A program made the translations under genes and the position numbers. A stretch of 64,000 nucleotides of DNA from an uncultured Oscillospiraceae bacterium (GTDB lineage Bacteria; Bacillota; Clostridia; Oscillospirales; Oscillospiraceae): positions 33,861-97,860 of the forward strand of contig CABSMJ010000009.1 of NCBI GenBank assembly GCA_902478785.1. Reading direction: 5' to 3'. The notes below the pieces were generated by a model. That model searched no databases, was not told where the DNA came from, and saw only the letters and a list, made by a program, of their open reading frames with translations. Shown one piece after another: positions 18,001 through 27,204 of this stretch (position 1 is the first letter of the stretch; each line of letters begins with the position of its first letter).

Positions 18001-18294
18001 AAGGCATTTGACCAAACTGCCCTGCCCAAGTACATTGCCCTGGACCAGGTGCCCAGGAGCGGCGCGGTCTGGTGCATCGATGCCTTCTCCCTCAACAACA
18101 ACGACGATTTCTGCCAAGGTGTGCAGCAGTACGGCTTGTGGAGCCGGGAGCAGTCTGTGGGAAAGGAACGCTTTTGCAAGTCTGTGGATGACCTGGATCA
18201 GCTCATGCCCCAAAGCAGCAAGGACATCTGGGCCTATGTGCTGCTGCTGGACAAAAACTATCGCCCCGTGGGCTACACCATTTTGACCTCCTGA
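15052..18294 (+). CDS. Hypothetical single-pass membrane protein: N-terminal domain, zinc ribbon, coiled coil, P/E-rich linker, TM, three tandem ~243-aa repeats
   Basis: WYCPCG...CHRCG; RRKKKK followed by a hydrophobic TM; LCDYDF..LYE motif at 16501, 17227 and 17959; RBS GGGAGG. Confidence 0.9.
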   Translation: MSDRYIRRFALPERLYTASAPVVLAAGVLLEDTRTPRLVAQLKWKSIAPGTLIALTVAVKCPEDTGETVFTYSDLHIDRGQTFGVYTAVVLPWGPQRTMEVRALSALFSDGSGWTAPEDAQWASLPAFAPLAQAVAQPELLALSALLPRNRYAFRRDRGLWYCPCGGVNQEAEAVCHRCGCAREEAERLATAEGLRQVLREREEERTRLAQEEAQRREEARAQAEAHKEAARQKLSGIKARFRLGSAPGEPTQETPEPLAPQETGETVPEPLEAPVSEPREASAPVEGADAGALTPVPEEALEPREETAPVPAAKPRRKKKKALGIAAVVVLLAVAGFLLLPRLLGGTDAGFGISPARELHVTAPGDGETVILTVEEDQEGVCTVSPELVRQQIPGVEYMNLDGVPDMGDDIDPYLINSFQMAILVTSRGQYGSEGEWGSFDANRDPNSPLCLLLYDSNFHLMGHAVGAPEAAGDGQWQLEVTLCDYDFTALYEEQLSEFEAQRAETFANYIAPEDIQDSGAKYFLTGYNTGRGPTLLPGDAQTYHLWAQYTSPYVEKHCREMDRLQDRLPRDDRWRCFLFLDEDYQLLGYTMLDSTGGGGQAANTELTPLGTVELIVEENSDGNCEFTEEKLRQIVPEMEFFNFEGFVPDLSGDVKAYVTDSLHMAWLVTSQGRERGGHSSATWNLSEDHLFTLLLYSDFTTLCGYFVGAPEDLGGGRWRMEITLCDYDFTALYEEQAAGYTAAPQLPEIAQEDIASCGAAYYIEPVSQLSGSDDFTNRVRLQSLWSRATSPYISRFRRSITDLPNAVRWATAERPCDYLLLNSSGQYMGYVTVTDGERVAGMHFTFPSRLSAYDGTVSLDLTAEGEYCPLTLEQVKKVVPQTRSMEFRGMPNLGGVGEYLKVSDQMAWLVASGGTRTMNQTSGRFSVQDGKAPFRALLLYSSPTTLCGYYIGTPSHVGGNTWRMDIVLCDYDFSSLYEGQKKAFDQTALPKYIALDQVPRSGAVWCIDAFSLNNNDDFCQGVQQYGLWSREQSVGKERFCKSVDDLDQLMPQSSKDIWAYVLLLDKNYRPVGYTILTS

Positions 18295-18304
18295 GAGAAG
18301 AACC

Positions 18305-18340
18305 AAAAGAGCCCGGAGCCTTTGCGGCTCCGGGCTCTTT
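18305..18340. terminator. Bidirectional terminator
   Basis: AAAGAGCCCGGAGCC-TTTGC-GGCTCCGGGCTCTTT. Confidence 0.88.
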
Positions 18341-18354
18341 ACTGCACAGAGGTC

Positions 18355-19398
18355 TCAGTTCTCCGGCGGGGTGACGGCCACCTTGATGACGCCGTCCCGG
18401 CGGTGCTCAAAGAGGTCATAGGATGCTTCGATCTCGTTCAGGGGGAAGGTGTGGGTGATGAGGGGCGTGGTGTCCAGCTTGCCGGCGGCGATCAGGTCCA
18501 GGGTCTCGGCGCAGCGGCAGCCGTCCACGCCGCCGGTCTTGAAGGTCAGGTTCTTGCCGTACATCTCCGGCAGGGGCAGGATCTGGGGAGCGTCGTAGAG
18601 GGCCACCACTGTCACCACTGCATTGGGCCGGGCGCACTGCCAGGCCAGGCGGAAGGTGTCCGGGCTGCCCGCCACCTCCAGCACCGCGTCGGCGCCGCCG
18701 TGGTCGCTGTGGGAGCGGACGAAGTCCAAAAGCCCCTCCGGCGGGGCCGTCAGCACCTGAGGGAAGTGCTGCGCCACAAAGGCACGGCGCAGGGGGGCCT
18801 GTTCACAGACGATGACCCGTTTGGGACCTTTCAGCAGTACGCACTGGAGGGTGCACAGGCCCGTGGGCCCGGCGCCCAGGAGCAGCACCGTGTCCTCCGA
18901 GGTGATCTCCGCAATGTCTGCCGCCCAGTAGCCGGTGGCCAGGATGTCCCCCACAAAGAGGGCCTGGCGGTCCGTCACCGAGTCGGGGATCTTCGTCAGC
19001 CCCTGGTCGGCGTAGGGCACCCGGACGTACTCGGCCTGGCCGCCGTCGATGCGGCAGCCCAGAGCCCAGCCGCCGTTGGGGTCGGTGCAGTTGTTGACCC
19101 ACCCGTGGCGGCAGAAAAAGCACTGACCGCAGAAGGTCTCCACATTCACCGTCACCCGGTCCCCGGGGCGGACCGTGGAGACGGCACTGCCCACCGTTTC
19201 CACAACGCCCACCATCTCGTGGCCCACGGTGATGCCCGGTACCGCCCGGGGCACGGAGCCGTGCTTGATGTGCAGATCACTGGTGCAGATGCTGGAAAGG
19301 GTCACCCGGACCACTGCGTCCCGGGGGTCCTGGATCACAGGCTTGGGCTTGTCCAGCAGACGGAACTGCCCCTCTTTGATATAGGTATAAGCCAGCAT
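18355..19398 (-). CDS. Zinc-dependent alcohol dehydrogenase (MDR family)
   Basis: ICTSDLH, GHEMVG, CGQCFFC...NC, GAGPTG; RBS GGAGG; TTGCGC-N17-TATACT promoter. Confidence 0.94.
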   Translation of the reverse strand: MLAYTYIKEGQFRLLDKPKPVIQDPRDAVVRVTLSSICTSDLHIKHGSVPRAVPGITVGHEMVGVVETVGSAVSTVRPGDRVTVNVETFCGQCFFCRHGWVNNCTDPNGGWALGCRIDGGQAEYVRVPYADQGLTKIPDSVTDRQALFVGDILATGYWAADIAEITSEDTVLLLGAGPTGLCTLQCVLLKGPKRVIVCEQAPLRRAFVAQHFPQVLTAPPEGLLDFVRSHSDHGGADAVLEVAGSPDTFRLAWQCARPNAVVTVVALYDAPQILPLPEMYGKNLTFKTGGVDGCRCAETLDLIAAGKLDTTPLITHTFPLNEIEASYDLFEHRRDGVIKVAVTPPEN

Positions 19399-19702
19399 GG
19401 CCATGCCTCCTTTGCTTGTTTGCCCCACCGGTGGATGGCGGGCATTCTTTGCCACCAGTATACCCCCTGTCCGCTTTCGGCGCAAGAGACCCACCAGCCA
19501 GTGGGAGAGGCGGAAAGCACGGCGATAAGCTGCAAAAAAGAGGGGATTTTCCCACAAAAGGCTGCAAAACCCCGGTTTGTAATCCTTTTGTTGTTGACCC
19601 TGTGGTCGGATACGGTACAATAGCCCCAGAGCGCAGAAGGCGGCGCCTTCTGCCCTGAAAGCCGCCGGAGAGAAAGAGACGGCGGGGAAGGGAGATGGGG
19701 AG

Positions 19703-20980
19703 ATGCGGGTGTACAGCGGAGGTGGCCGGCGAGTGGCCGCCGGCGCCGGCCAAAGGCGCCCTGCACGGGGCGGCAAGCGGCTCCAGTCTGCAAAAAAGCG
19801 CCGGAGAGCGCCCAAGATCCTTTTGACTGCCGCCGGTGTGACATTGGTGGCCTGCCTGGTTCTGGTGCGGGGCGCCGGATTGCCGGAGAAGGTTTTCGGA
19901 GAAGAGCCCAAGGAGCAGGAGCTGATCCCCTTGACCGAGGCCCGGCCCGCGGAGTCTGAGCCCATCGGAGCCCAGCGGGAGGAGGGCCATTTCCTCTTGA
20001 GCTTTGCCGGGGACTGCACCCTGGGTACCGAGCACGGCAGCTGGGGCAAGAGCGGCACCTTCCCGGAGGTGGTGGGGGAGGACTATGCCTATCCCTTTGC
20101 CGGCGTCCAAAGTCTCTTCGCTCAGGATGACTTCACCTTCGTCAATCTGGAGGGAGCTTTGACCTCCCACACAGTGCCGGCGGAGAAGCAGTATCGGTTC
20201 CGGGGACCTACCGCCTACGGGACCATTTTGACAGAGGGCAGCGTGGAGGCGGTGACCCTGGCCAACAACCACACCCTGGACTACGGCAAGACCGGGTTGC
20301 AGGAGACCCGGCAGGTGCTGAAGGACCTGGGCGTGGCCGCCGGAGGCGACGGGGAGACCTTTCTCTATACTACCTCCCAGGGCCTGAAGATCGGCGTTTA
20401 CACCGCCTATCACTTCGGAAAGCCCCAGATCCGCCAGAGCATCGAAACGCTGCAAAGTCAAGGGGCGGAGGTCATCGTCGCTGCCTTTCACTCTGGCGCC
20501 GAAGGGTCCTATACTCCTACTGCTCGCCAGAAGGACATGTTCCGCTACGCCGCCGACTGCGGGGCCCACATCGTCTACAACAGCCATCCCCATGTGCTCC
20601 AGCCCATGGAGCGCTACGGGGACAGCGTGATACTTTACAGTCTGGGCAACTTCTCCTTCGGCGGCAACCGCAATCCCTCGGACAAGGACACCGTGGTCAT
20701 CCAGGTGGAGGTGGAGCGGCAGGCGGACGGCTCCATGGCGCTTTCCCAGGTCTTGGCCCATCCCTGCTCCGTCAGCAGCCGCGTCGACCGCAACGACTAC
20801 CAGCCCACCCTCTGCCGGGCGGACAGTACCCAGGCCCGGCGGGTGGAGCAGAAGCTGGCGGGCACCTATCGGCCGCCGGCCCCTGCCTCTGTGCCGGAGG
20901 AAAAGGCGCCCCAGACCGCTGCTCCGGAGGAGACGCCGGAGGCGGAACCGGGCCCGACGCTGCCGGCGGAGAGCGTATAG
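19703..20980 (+). CDS. CapA-family metallophosphoesterase with N-terminal membrane anchor
   Basis: FAGD, VNLEG, LANNHTLDYG, HSG.E, HPHVLQ and YSLGNFSFGG motifs. Confidence 0.92.
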   Translation: MRVYSGGGRRVAAGAGQRRPARGGKRLQSAKKRRRAPKILLTAAGVTLVACLVLVRGAGLPEKVFGEEPKEQELIPLTEARPAESEPIGAQREEGHFLLSFAGDCTLGTEHGSWGKSGTFPEVVGEDYAYPFAGVQSLFAQDDFTFVNLEGALTSHTVPAEKQYRFRGPTAYGTILTEGSVEAVTLANNHTLDYGKTGLQETRQVLKDLGVAAGGDGETFLYTTSQGLKIGVYTAYHFGKPQIRQSIETLQSQGAEVIVAAFHSGAEGSYTPTARQKDMFRYAADCGAHIVYNSHPHVLQPMERYGDSVILYSLGNFSFGGNRNPSDKDTVVIQVEVERQADGSMALSQVLAHPCSVSSRVDRNDYQPTLCRADSTQARRVEQKLAGTYRPPAPASVPEEKAPQTAAPEETPEAEPGPTLPAESV

Positions 20981-21063
20981 TTTCCTGCTGCCCGGGGCAG
21001 AACCCGTCTTGCTGTCCCGGCGATTTTGGGGTATGCTATGAGAAAAGACCAAAGGAGAGACCC

Positions 21064-21624
21064 ATGACCCAACTGGACCTTGCCATATTGGATTGGATGC
21101 AGCTTCATGTCCGCTGCGAATTTCTGGACCGGGTGATGCCCGTCCTCACCGCCCTGGGCAACGCAGGGATCTTCTGGATTCTGCTGACGGTGGTGCTGCT
21201 GTGTACCAAGCGCTATCGCCGTCTGGGGATTTTGTGCGCCTGCTCCCTGGTGCTGGACCTGCTGGTGTGCAATCTGACCATCAAGCCGCTGGTGGACCGG
21301 GTGCGGCCCTTTGTGCTCAGCCCCTCGGCGCCGGAGCTGCTGGTGGCGCCGCCTGGGGACGCTTCGTTTCCCTCGGGCCACACCGCCGCCTCCTTCGCCG
21401 CCACCTCGGCCCTCTATGCCGGCGGGAGCCGGCTGTGGATTCCGGCGGCAGTGCTGTCGCTGCTGATTGCCTTTTCCCGGCTGTATCTGTATGTCCACTA
21501 TCCCAGCGACGTGCTGGCCGGGATGGTGCTGGGCACCGTGCTGGGTTTCGTGGCCCGGTGGCTGTGTCTCCACGCCGAAACCTGGTGGAAGGCGCGCCCC
21601 ATCCGGGAGGAGAGGAAACACTGA
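21064..21624 (+). CDS. PAP2-family membrane phosphatase
   Basis: K.....R.RP, SFPSGH and SRLYLYVHYPSDV motifs. Confidence 0.95.
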   Translation: MTQLDLAILDWMQLHVRCEFLDRVMPVLTALGNAGIFWILLTVVLLCTKRYRRLGILCACSLVLDLLVCNLTIKPLVDRVRPFVLSPSAPELLVAPPGDASFPSGHTAASFAATSALYAGGSRLWIPAAVLSLLIAFSRLYLYVHYPSDVLAGMVLGTVLGFVARWLCLHAETWWKARPIREERKH

Positions 21625-21637
21625 GGAGGGAAGACCC

Positions 21638-22339
21638 ATGGAAGAGGAGAGGAAACTGGCCCAGGAGCTGGAGCAGACGCTGCGTCAGGCAGGGGCTGCC
21701 CTGGTGGGATTTGGGGATCTGAGCGGCATCTGCCCGCCGCCGCTGACCACCGGCGTGTCTGTGGCGGTGCCCCTGCCGCCGGATGTGCTGGAGGGCATCG
21801 CGGAGGGGCCTACACTGGCCTACCTGGAGGCCTACCACGCCCTCAACGCCCAGCTCAACGCCATCGTCACCGCAGGAGCCGCCTTCCTGGAGGCCCGGGG
21901 TTGGCAGGCTAGAGCCCAGACCACCGACGCGGTGACCCAGGACGAGACCTGGCGCACGCCGCTGCCTCACAAGACGGTGGCCACCCGGGCGGGCTTGGGC
22001 TGGATCGGCAGGAACTGCCTGCTGGTGACGCCGGAGTACGGCGGTGCGATGCGGCTGTCCTCCCTGGTCACCGATGCGCCCTTGCCCACGGCGGAGCCCA
22101 TCACCACCTCCCGCTGCGGCGGCTGCCGGCGGTGCGTGGAGGCCTGCCCTGCCGGTGCTCTCACCGGCGCCCTGTGGCAGGCCGGAATGGACCGGGAGGA
22201 GCTCTTCTGCCGGGAGACCTGCTGGGAAAAGCAGCGGGAGCTGATGCGGGAGCGGACCGGCATCGACACAGACCTGTGCGGTCAGTGCTTTGTGGTTTGC
22301 CCCTACACGGCCCGGTATCTGCAAAGGACCAAGGAATAG
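21638..22339 (+). CDS. Epoxyqueuosine reductase-like 4Fe-4S protein (QueG / reductive dehalogenase superfamily)
   Basis: HKTVATRAGLGWIGRNCLLVTPEYG, CGGCRRCVEACP, CGQCFVVCP. Confidence 0.8.
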   Translation: MEEERKLAQELEQTLRQAGAALVGFGDLSGICPPPLTTGVSVAVPLPPDVLEGIAEGPTLAYLEAYHALNAQLNAIVTAGAAFLEARGWQARAQTTDAVTQDETWRTPLPHKTVATRAGLGWIGRNCLLVTPEYGGAMRLSSLVTDAPLPTAEPITTSRCGGCRRCVEACPAGALTGALWQAGMDREELFCRETCWEKQRELMRERTGIDTDLCGQCFVVCPYTARYLQRTKE

Positions 22340-22403
22340 AAAAGAAAAATGCCCTCGGCGCAGCGCGCCGGGGGCATTTTTTGCGTTTTAAGGGGAAAAC
22401 TTT

Positions 22404-23330
22404 TCAGGCCAGCGTCTCCGCCAGACCCACCACCAGGGGCATGGTGATGACCGAGAGCACCGTCTGGAAGGAGACCAGCTCTGCCGCCAGACTGGCGCCC
22501 TTGTTACACTTCTCCGCCATCATGGCCACCAGAGTGCCGGCAGGGCAGGCGGCGGCCACGGTGGTGGCGATGAGCACGCTGCCCCGGACGCCCAGCAGAT
22601 ACATGACGATCAGGGCACCCAGAGGCAGCAGCACCAGCCGCAGCAGGGCGCACAGCCAGCTCATCTTGTCCGACACCACATGGCGCAGATTGGCCTGGGA
22701 GAGCTGATAGCCGATGAGCAGCATGGGCAGCGGCACGTTCATGGCGGAGATGTCGTCCACCACGGTCATCAGCACAGGGGGCAGGTCGATGCCGCTGAAG
22801 AAGAAAAAGAGGCCCAGAACGATGCCGGCCACACCGGGATTGCAGAATGCCTTGCGCATGGAAAAGGACTTGGTGTCTCCCGTGAGATAGGCCACGCCGC
22901 CGGTCCAGAACAGCAGCGGGCACACTGTAGCATAGGCGGAGCCGTAGAAGATGCCCGTGGGACCGATGAGGGCGGTCTGGAGGGGGAAGGCCATGAAGTT
23001 GCAGTTGGTCAGGGCCATGGCCAGACAGAAGATGCGCTTGCGGATGGGGTCCTTCTCAGGGAGCAGGAAAAAGGGAATAAAGAAGCAGGCCAGGACGATG
23101 ACAAAGGCCAGCAGCATGGACAAAAGAAAGTCATGGAGTGTCTCGGCCGTCAGATCCAGCTGGAAGGCGGAGATCAGGGAGCAGGGCACCACCAGATACA
23201 AGACCAGGTTGGTGATGCCGGTCACGGCCTCCGGCGCCAGGAGTTTGGATTTGCCGAAGCAGTATCCGATCCCCATTAAAATAAAAAGAATGAGGGCCTG
23301 CTGGCCCACCATTAAGAAATTTTCAAGCAA
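22404..23330 (-). CDS. AEC (auxin efflux carrier) family transporter
   Basis: About 10 TM; NCNFMAFP, NP..GI..G, PLPMLLIG, LRLVLLP, AACP patterns; TTG start. Confidence 0.88.
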   Translation of the reverse strand: MLENFLMVGQQALILFILMGIGYCFGKSKLLAPEAVTGITNLVLYLVVPCSLISAFQLDLTAETLHDFLLSMLLAFVIVLACFFIPFFLLPEKDPIRKRIFCLAMALTNCNFMAFPLQTALIGPTGIFYGSAYATVCPLLFWTGGVAYLTGDTKSFSMRKAFCNPGVAGIVLGLFFFFSGIDLPPVLMTVVDDISAMNVPLPMLLIGYQLSQANLRHVVSDKMSWLCALLRLVLLPLGALIVMYLLGVRGSVLIATTVAAACPAGTLVAMMAEKCNKGASLAAELVSFQTVLSVITMPLVVGLAETLA

Positions 23331-23493
23331 TGTAGTTCCCTCTTTCCTATGTGATTTTGCGACGGGTTCCAGTTTACTCCGCAGGCAGTATTTCTGTCAA
23401 GAGAGGAAAAAGTGGGTAAATTTTAAAAAGAAAACAGAGGTTTTGCGTTGAATTTGCTCAAAAAGAGGGGGATTTTACTTTCCCGGCAGCAGA

Positions 23494-23569
23494 TTTTACA
23501 AAAGGGAATGTATTTTACATACATTTAACTTTTCGGTGGTAGTGGATTTAATTTGCCTCACATTATACT
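23494..23569 (+). promoter_or_regulatory. Putative Pho-box region and -10 of pstS
   Basis: TTTTACA (23494), TTTTACA (23513) and TTTAAC (23524), the last two 11 bp apart; TATACT at 23564 with no good -35. Confidence 0.55.
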
Positions 23570-23630
23570 AAAACCGTTCCAACGAGGAAAACTAGAAAAC
23601 AAGAAAATCAAAAAAGGAGCAAACATTGAG

Positions 23631-24497
23631 ATGAAAAAGTTTTTGGGCATTGTCCTTACATTGACCATGGCCACCGGCCTGCTGGCCGGCTGCGGCAGCA
23701 CTGAGACCACCGGTTCCAGCAACACCGGCAGCGCTGGCAGCACCGGCGAGACCCAGCTCAGCGGCTCTGTCTCCACCGACGGTTCCACCTCCATGGAGGA
23801 GGTCATCGGCGCCCTGGGTGAGCAGTTCCTGGCTGACACCGGTGTGACCGTCACCTACAACCCCACCGGTTCCAGCGCCGGCATTGAGGCCGTTACCAAC
23901 GGCACTTGCGACATCGGCCTGGCTTCCCGCGCTCTGAAGGATGAGGAGAAGGCCGGCGGTCTGACCGAGACCACCGTGGCTCTGGATGGCATCGCCATCA
24001 TCGTCAATTCTGAGAACCCCGTTACCGATCTGACCATCGACCAGATCGCCGACATCTACACCGGCGCTATCAATGACTGGGCCGACGTGGGCGGCACTGC
24101 CGGCACCATCGCGCGGGTCATCCGTGAGTCCGGTTCCGGCACCCGTGAAGGCTTTGAGTCCATCACCGGCACCAAGGATGCCTGCCTGAGCGATCAGGAG
24201 CTGAGCTCCACCGGCGCTGTCATCGAGGCTGTCCGCTCCAACCCCGGCGCCATCGGCTATGCTTCCCTGTCCGCCGTGGAGGGCCAGGAGGGCATCACCG
24301 TGCTGAAGGTCGATGGTGTGGCTCCCTCTGAGGAGACCGTCCTGGACGGCACCTACACCATCCAGCGTCCCTTCGTGTTCGTCACCCGCACCGATGAGAC
24401 TCTGAGCGATGCTGCACAGGCCTTCTTTGACTTCGCCACCTCCACCGATGCCAACGACCTGATCGCCGCTGCCGGTGCCGTGCCCGTTGCCAAATAA
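23631..24497 (+). CDS. pstS: Phosphate ABC transporter substrate-binding lipoprotein
   Basis: Lipobox LAGC; DGSTSM, TGSSAGI, RESGSGTR, NPGAIGY, RPF. Confidence 0.95.
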   Translation: MKKFLGIVLTLTMATGLLAGCGSTETTGSSNTGSAGSTGETQLSGSVSTDGSTSMEEVIGALGEQFLADTGVTVTYNPTGSSAGIEAVTNGTCDIGLASRALKDEEKAGGLTETTVALDGIAIIVNSENPVTDLTIDQIADIYTGAINDWADVGGTAGTIARVIRESGSGTREGFESITGTKDACLSDQELSSTGAVIEAVRSNPGAIGYASLSAVEGQEGITVLKVDGVAPSEETVLDGTYTIQRPFVFVTRTDETLSDAAQAFFDFATSTDANDLIAAAGAVPVAK

Positions 24498-24595
24498 GTA
24501 AGAACCAGAAACGAATGTGTAACGTGTTCAGCCGCCGTACCCACTGCAAGGGGCGGCGGCTGTTCCACTGAATGCTGCAAAGGAGAAACGAAGTA

Positions 24596-25561
24596 ATGGA
24601 GAAACAAGTGCCGCTGTCTCAGGCCGGCAGCACCTCGGCTCAGCCCAAGAAGGCAGAGAAGAAGCCAGGCCTGCATCTGCCCAGCTTCCGGGTCAACAAT
24701 CCCCGGGAGGCGCTGGAGCTGGTGATGAATCTGATTTTCTTTGTCTGTGGTATCATTGCCGTGGCCTTCGTATTGGTCATCAGCGTCTATCTGGTGATCT
24801 CGGGTCTGCCTGCCATCGCGGAGATCGGACCCATCAACTTCCTCTTCGGAAAGAAATGGTACGCCTCCACAGGGGATTTCGGCATCTTTGCCATCATCCT
24901 GACCTCCTTTGCCGGCACCGGCGGAGCCATTCTGGTGGGTGTGCCCATCGGACTGATGACCGCCATCTTCCTGGCCAAGGTGGCACCGCCCCGGATCGCC
25001 AGGATCATCCACACCGCTGTGGAGCTGCTGGCCGGCATCCCCTCCGTGGTATATGGCCTGGTGGGCATGATCTTACTGGTGCCTGCCATCCGGGATGCCT
25101 TTGATCTGGCTTCCGGTGCCACTCTTCTGGCCGCCATCATCGTACTGGCGGTGATGATCCTGCCCTCTATCATCTCCGTGTCGGAGACCGCCCTTCGGGC
25201 GGTGCCCCAGGAGTATGAGGAGGCCTCCCTGGCCCTGGGCGCCACCCACATCGAGACCGTGTTCCGGGTCAGCGTCCCCGCTGCCCGCAGTGGTATCGCC
25301 ACCGCTATCGTTCTGGGCATCGGCCGCGCCATCGGTGAGGCCATGGCCATCATCATGGTGGCGGGCAACGTGGCCAATATGCCAGGCCTGCTGACGCCGG
25401 TGCGGTTTTTGACCACCGCCATCGTTTCGGAGATGGCCTACGCCGGCGTGGGTTCTCTCCACCGCAATGCCCTGTTCTCCATCGGACTGGTGCTGTTTTT
25501 GTTCATCATGCTCATCAATGTGTTCCTCAATGTTTTCATCAAGAATAAAAAGGAGGGCTGA
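24596..25561 (+). CDS. pstC: Phosphate ABC transporter permease
   Basis: ELLAGIPSVVYG, EEASLALGA, RAIGEAMA. Confidence 0.95.
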   Translation: MEKQVPLSQAGSTSAQPKKAEKKPGLHLPSFRVNNPREALELVMNLIFFVCGIIAVAFVLVISVYLVISGLPAIAEIGPINFLFGKKWYASTGDFGIFAIILTSFAGTGGAILVGVPIGLMTAIFLAKVAPPRIARIIHTAVELLAGIPSVVYGLVGMILLVPAIRDAFDLASGATLLAAIIVLAVMILPSIISVSETALRAVPQEYEEASLALGATHIETVFRVSVPAARSGIATAIVLGIGRAIGEAMAIIMVAGNVANMPGLLTPVRFLTTAIVSEMAYAGVGSLHRNALFSIGLVLFLFIMLINVFLNVFIKNKKEG

Positions 25562-25566
25562 GTGCC

Positions 25567-26415
25567 GTGGAAACCCATCCCCTTTCTCCCCGGCGCCGGC
25601 TGTATGACCGGGGCCTGCGGATTCTGCTGTATCTGTGCAGCTTTATCACCTGCGCGCTGCTGGTGCTCATCATCGGCTATATCTTCTTCCGGGGCATCCC
25701 CAATATCACCTGGGAGCTTTTGAGTACCCAGACCAGCTATATCAAGGATACCATCGGCATCCTGCCCAACATTCTCAATACCCTCTATCTGGTGGTGCTG
25801 TCCATGGTCATTGTCCTGCCTTTGGGCGTAGGCGCGGCCATCTATCTGACGGAGTATGCCACCAACCACAAGCTGGTAGCCATCATCGAGTTCGCCACCG
25901 AGACCCTTACCGGCATCCCCTCCATCATCTTCGGCCTGGTGGGCATGCTGTTTTTCACCCAGCTGATGGGACTCAAGACCGGCGTGCTGGCCGGCAGCCT
26001 GACGCTGGTGGTGATGATCCTGCCCACCATCGTCCGCACCACCCAGGAGAGCCTGAAGACCGTGCCCCAGTCCTATCGGGAGGGCGCCCTGGCCCTGGGC
26101 GCCGGCAAGTGGCGCATGGTCCGCACCGTGGTGCTGCCCAATGCCGTGGACGGCATCGTCACCGGCTGCATTTTGTCGGTGGGCCGTATCGTAGGCGAGA
26201 GCGCGGCACTGCTGTACACCGCCGGTTTCGGTGTGGTGCTCAACGACTTCTTCACGTCCCTGCAGGCGGCCTCCGGCTCTTTAACGGTGGCGCTTTATAT
26301 GTACAGCGAGCGGGGCGAGACCAAGGTGGCCTTTGCCATCGCCACGATCTTGATGCTGCTGACGCTGCTGATCAACCTGGCCGCCACTCTGGTGGGCCGG
26401 AGACTGAAGAAATAA
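25567..26415 (+). CDS. pstA: Phosphate ABC transporter permease
   Basis: AIYLTEY, GIPSIIFGL, REGALALGA, GRIVGESA. Confidence 0.95.
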   Translation: METHPLSPRRRLYDRGLRILLYLCSFITCALLVLIIGYIFFRGIPNITWELLSTQTSYIKDTIGILPNILNTLYLVVLSMVIVLPLGVGAAIYLTEYATNHKLVAIIEFATETLTGIPSIIFGLVGMLFFTQLMGLKTGVLAGSLTLVVMILPTIVRTTQESLKTVPQSYREGALALGAGKWRMVRTVVLPNAVDGIVTGCILSVGRIVGESAALLYTAGFGVVLNDFFTSLQAASGSLTVALYMYSERGETKVAFAIATILMLLTLLINLAATLVGRRLKK

Positions 26416-26430
26416 ATGGGAGAGAGTTCA

Positions 26431-27186
26431 ATGTCAACCATCATTGAAGTGAAGGATTTGAATCTGTGGTACGGTGCCCATCAGGCGCTGCACCATGTCA
26501 GTGTGGAGATGCCTGCCAACCAGATCACCGCCCTCATCGGCCCCTCTGGCTGCGGCAAGTCCACGTTTCTCAAGACGCTCAACCGCATGAACGACCTGGT
26601 GCCCGGCATCCGCATCGAGGGCGAGGTCAACTATGACGGACAAAATATCTATTCCCCCAGCGTGGACACCACCTGGCTGCGCAAGCAGATCGGCATGGTG
26701 TTCCAAAAGCCCAATCCCTTCCCCATGAGCATCTATGACAACATCGCCTACGGTCCCCGGACCCACGGCATTCGCAACCGTCTGGAGCTGGACGAGATCG
26801 TGGAGCGCTCTTTGCGGGGCGCCGCCATCTGGGACGAGGTCAAGGACCGGCTGAAGAAAAACGCCCTGGGTCTCTCCGGCGGTCAGCAGCAGCGGCTGTG
26901 CATCGCCCGGGCCCTGGCGGTGGAGCCGGAGATCTTGCTGATGGATGAATCCACCAGTGCTCTGGACCCCATCTCCACCTCCAAGATCGAGGACCTTGCG
27001 ATGGAGCTGAAAAACAAGTATACTGTTATCATGGTGACTCACAATATGCAGCAGGCCGCTCGAATTTCCGACAAGACCGCCTTCTTCCTGCTGGGCGAGC
27101 TGGTGGAGTTTGGTGACACGGAGCAAATTTTCTCCATGCCCAAGGACAAGCGGACAGAGGACTATATCACGGGCCGGTTCGGTTAA
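26431..27186 (+). CDS. pstB: Phosphate ABC transporter ATPase
   Basis: [39 protein letters not shown]. Confidence 0.97.
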   Translation: MSTIIEVKDLNLWYGAHQALHHVSVEMPANQITALIGPSGCGKSTFLKTLNRMNDLVPGIRIEGEVNYDGQNIYSPSVDTTWLRKQIGMVFQKPNPFPMSIYDNIAYGPRTHGIRNRLELDEIVERSLRGAAIWDEVKDRLKKNALGLSGGQQQRLCIARALAVEPEILLMDESTSALDPISTSKIEDLAMELKNKYTVIMVTHNMQQAARISDKTAFFLLGELVEFGDTEQIFSMPKDKRTEDYITGRFG

Positions 27187-27204
27187 AAGAGGAGGCTTGC
27201 AACT

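Noticed and set aside
24512..24566. Hairpin CAGCCGCCGT/GCGGCGGCTG between pstS and pstC
   Set aside because: Ordinary intercistronic stabiliser after a binding-protein gene; no U-tract
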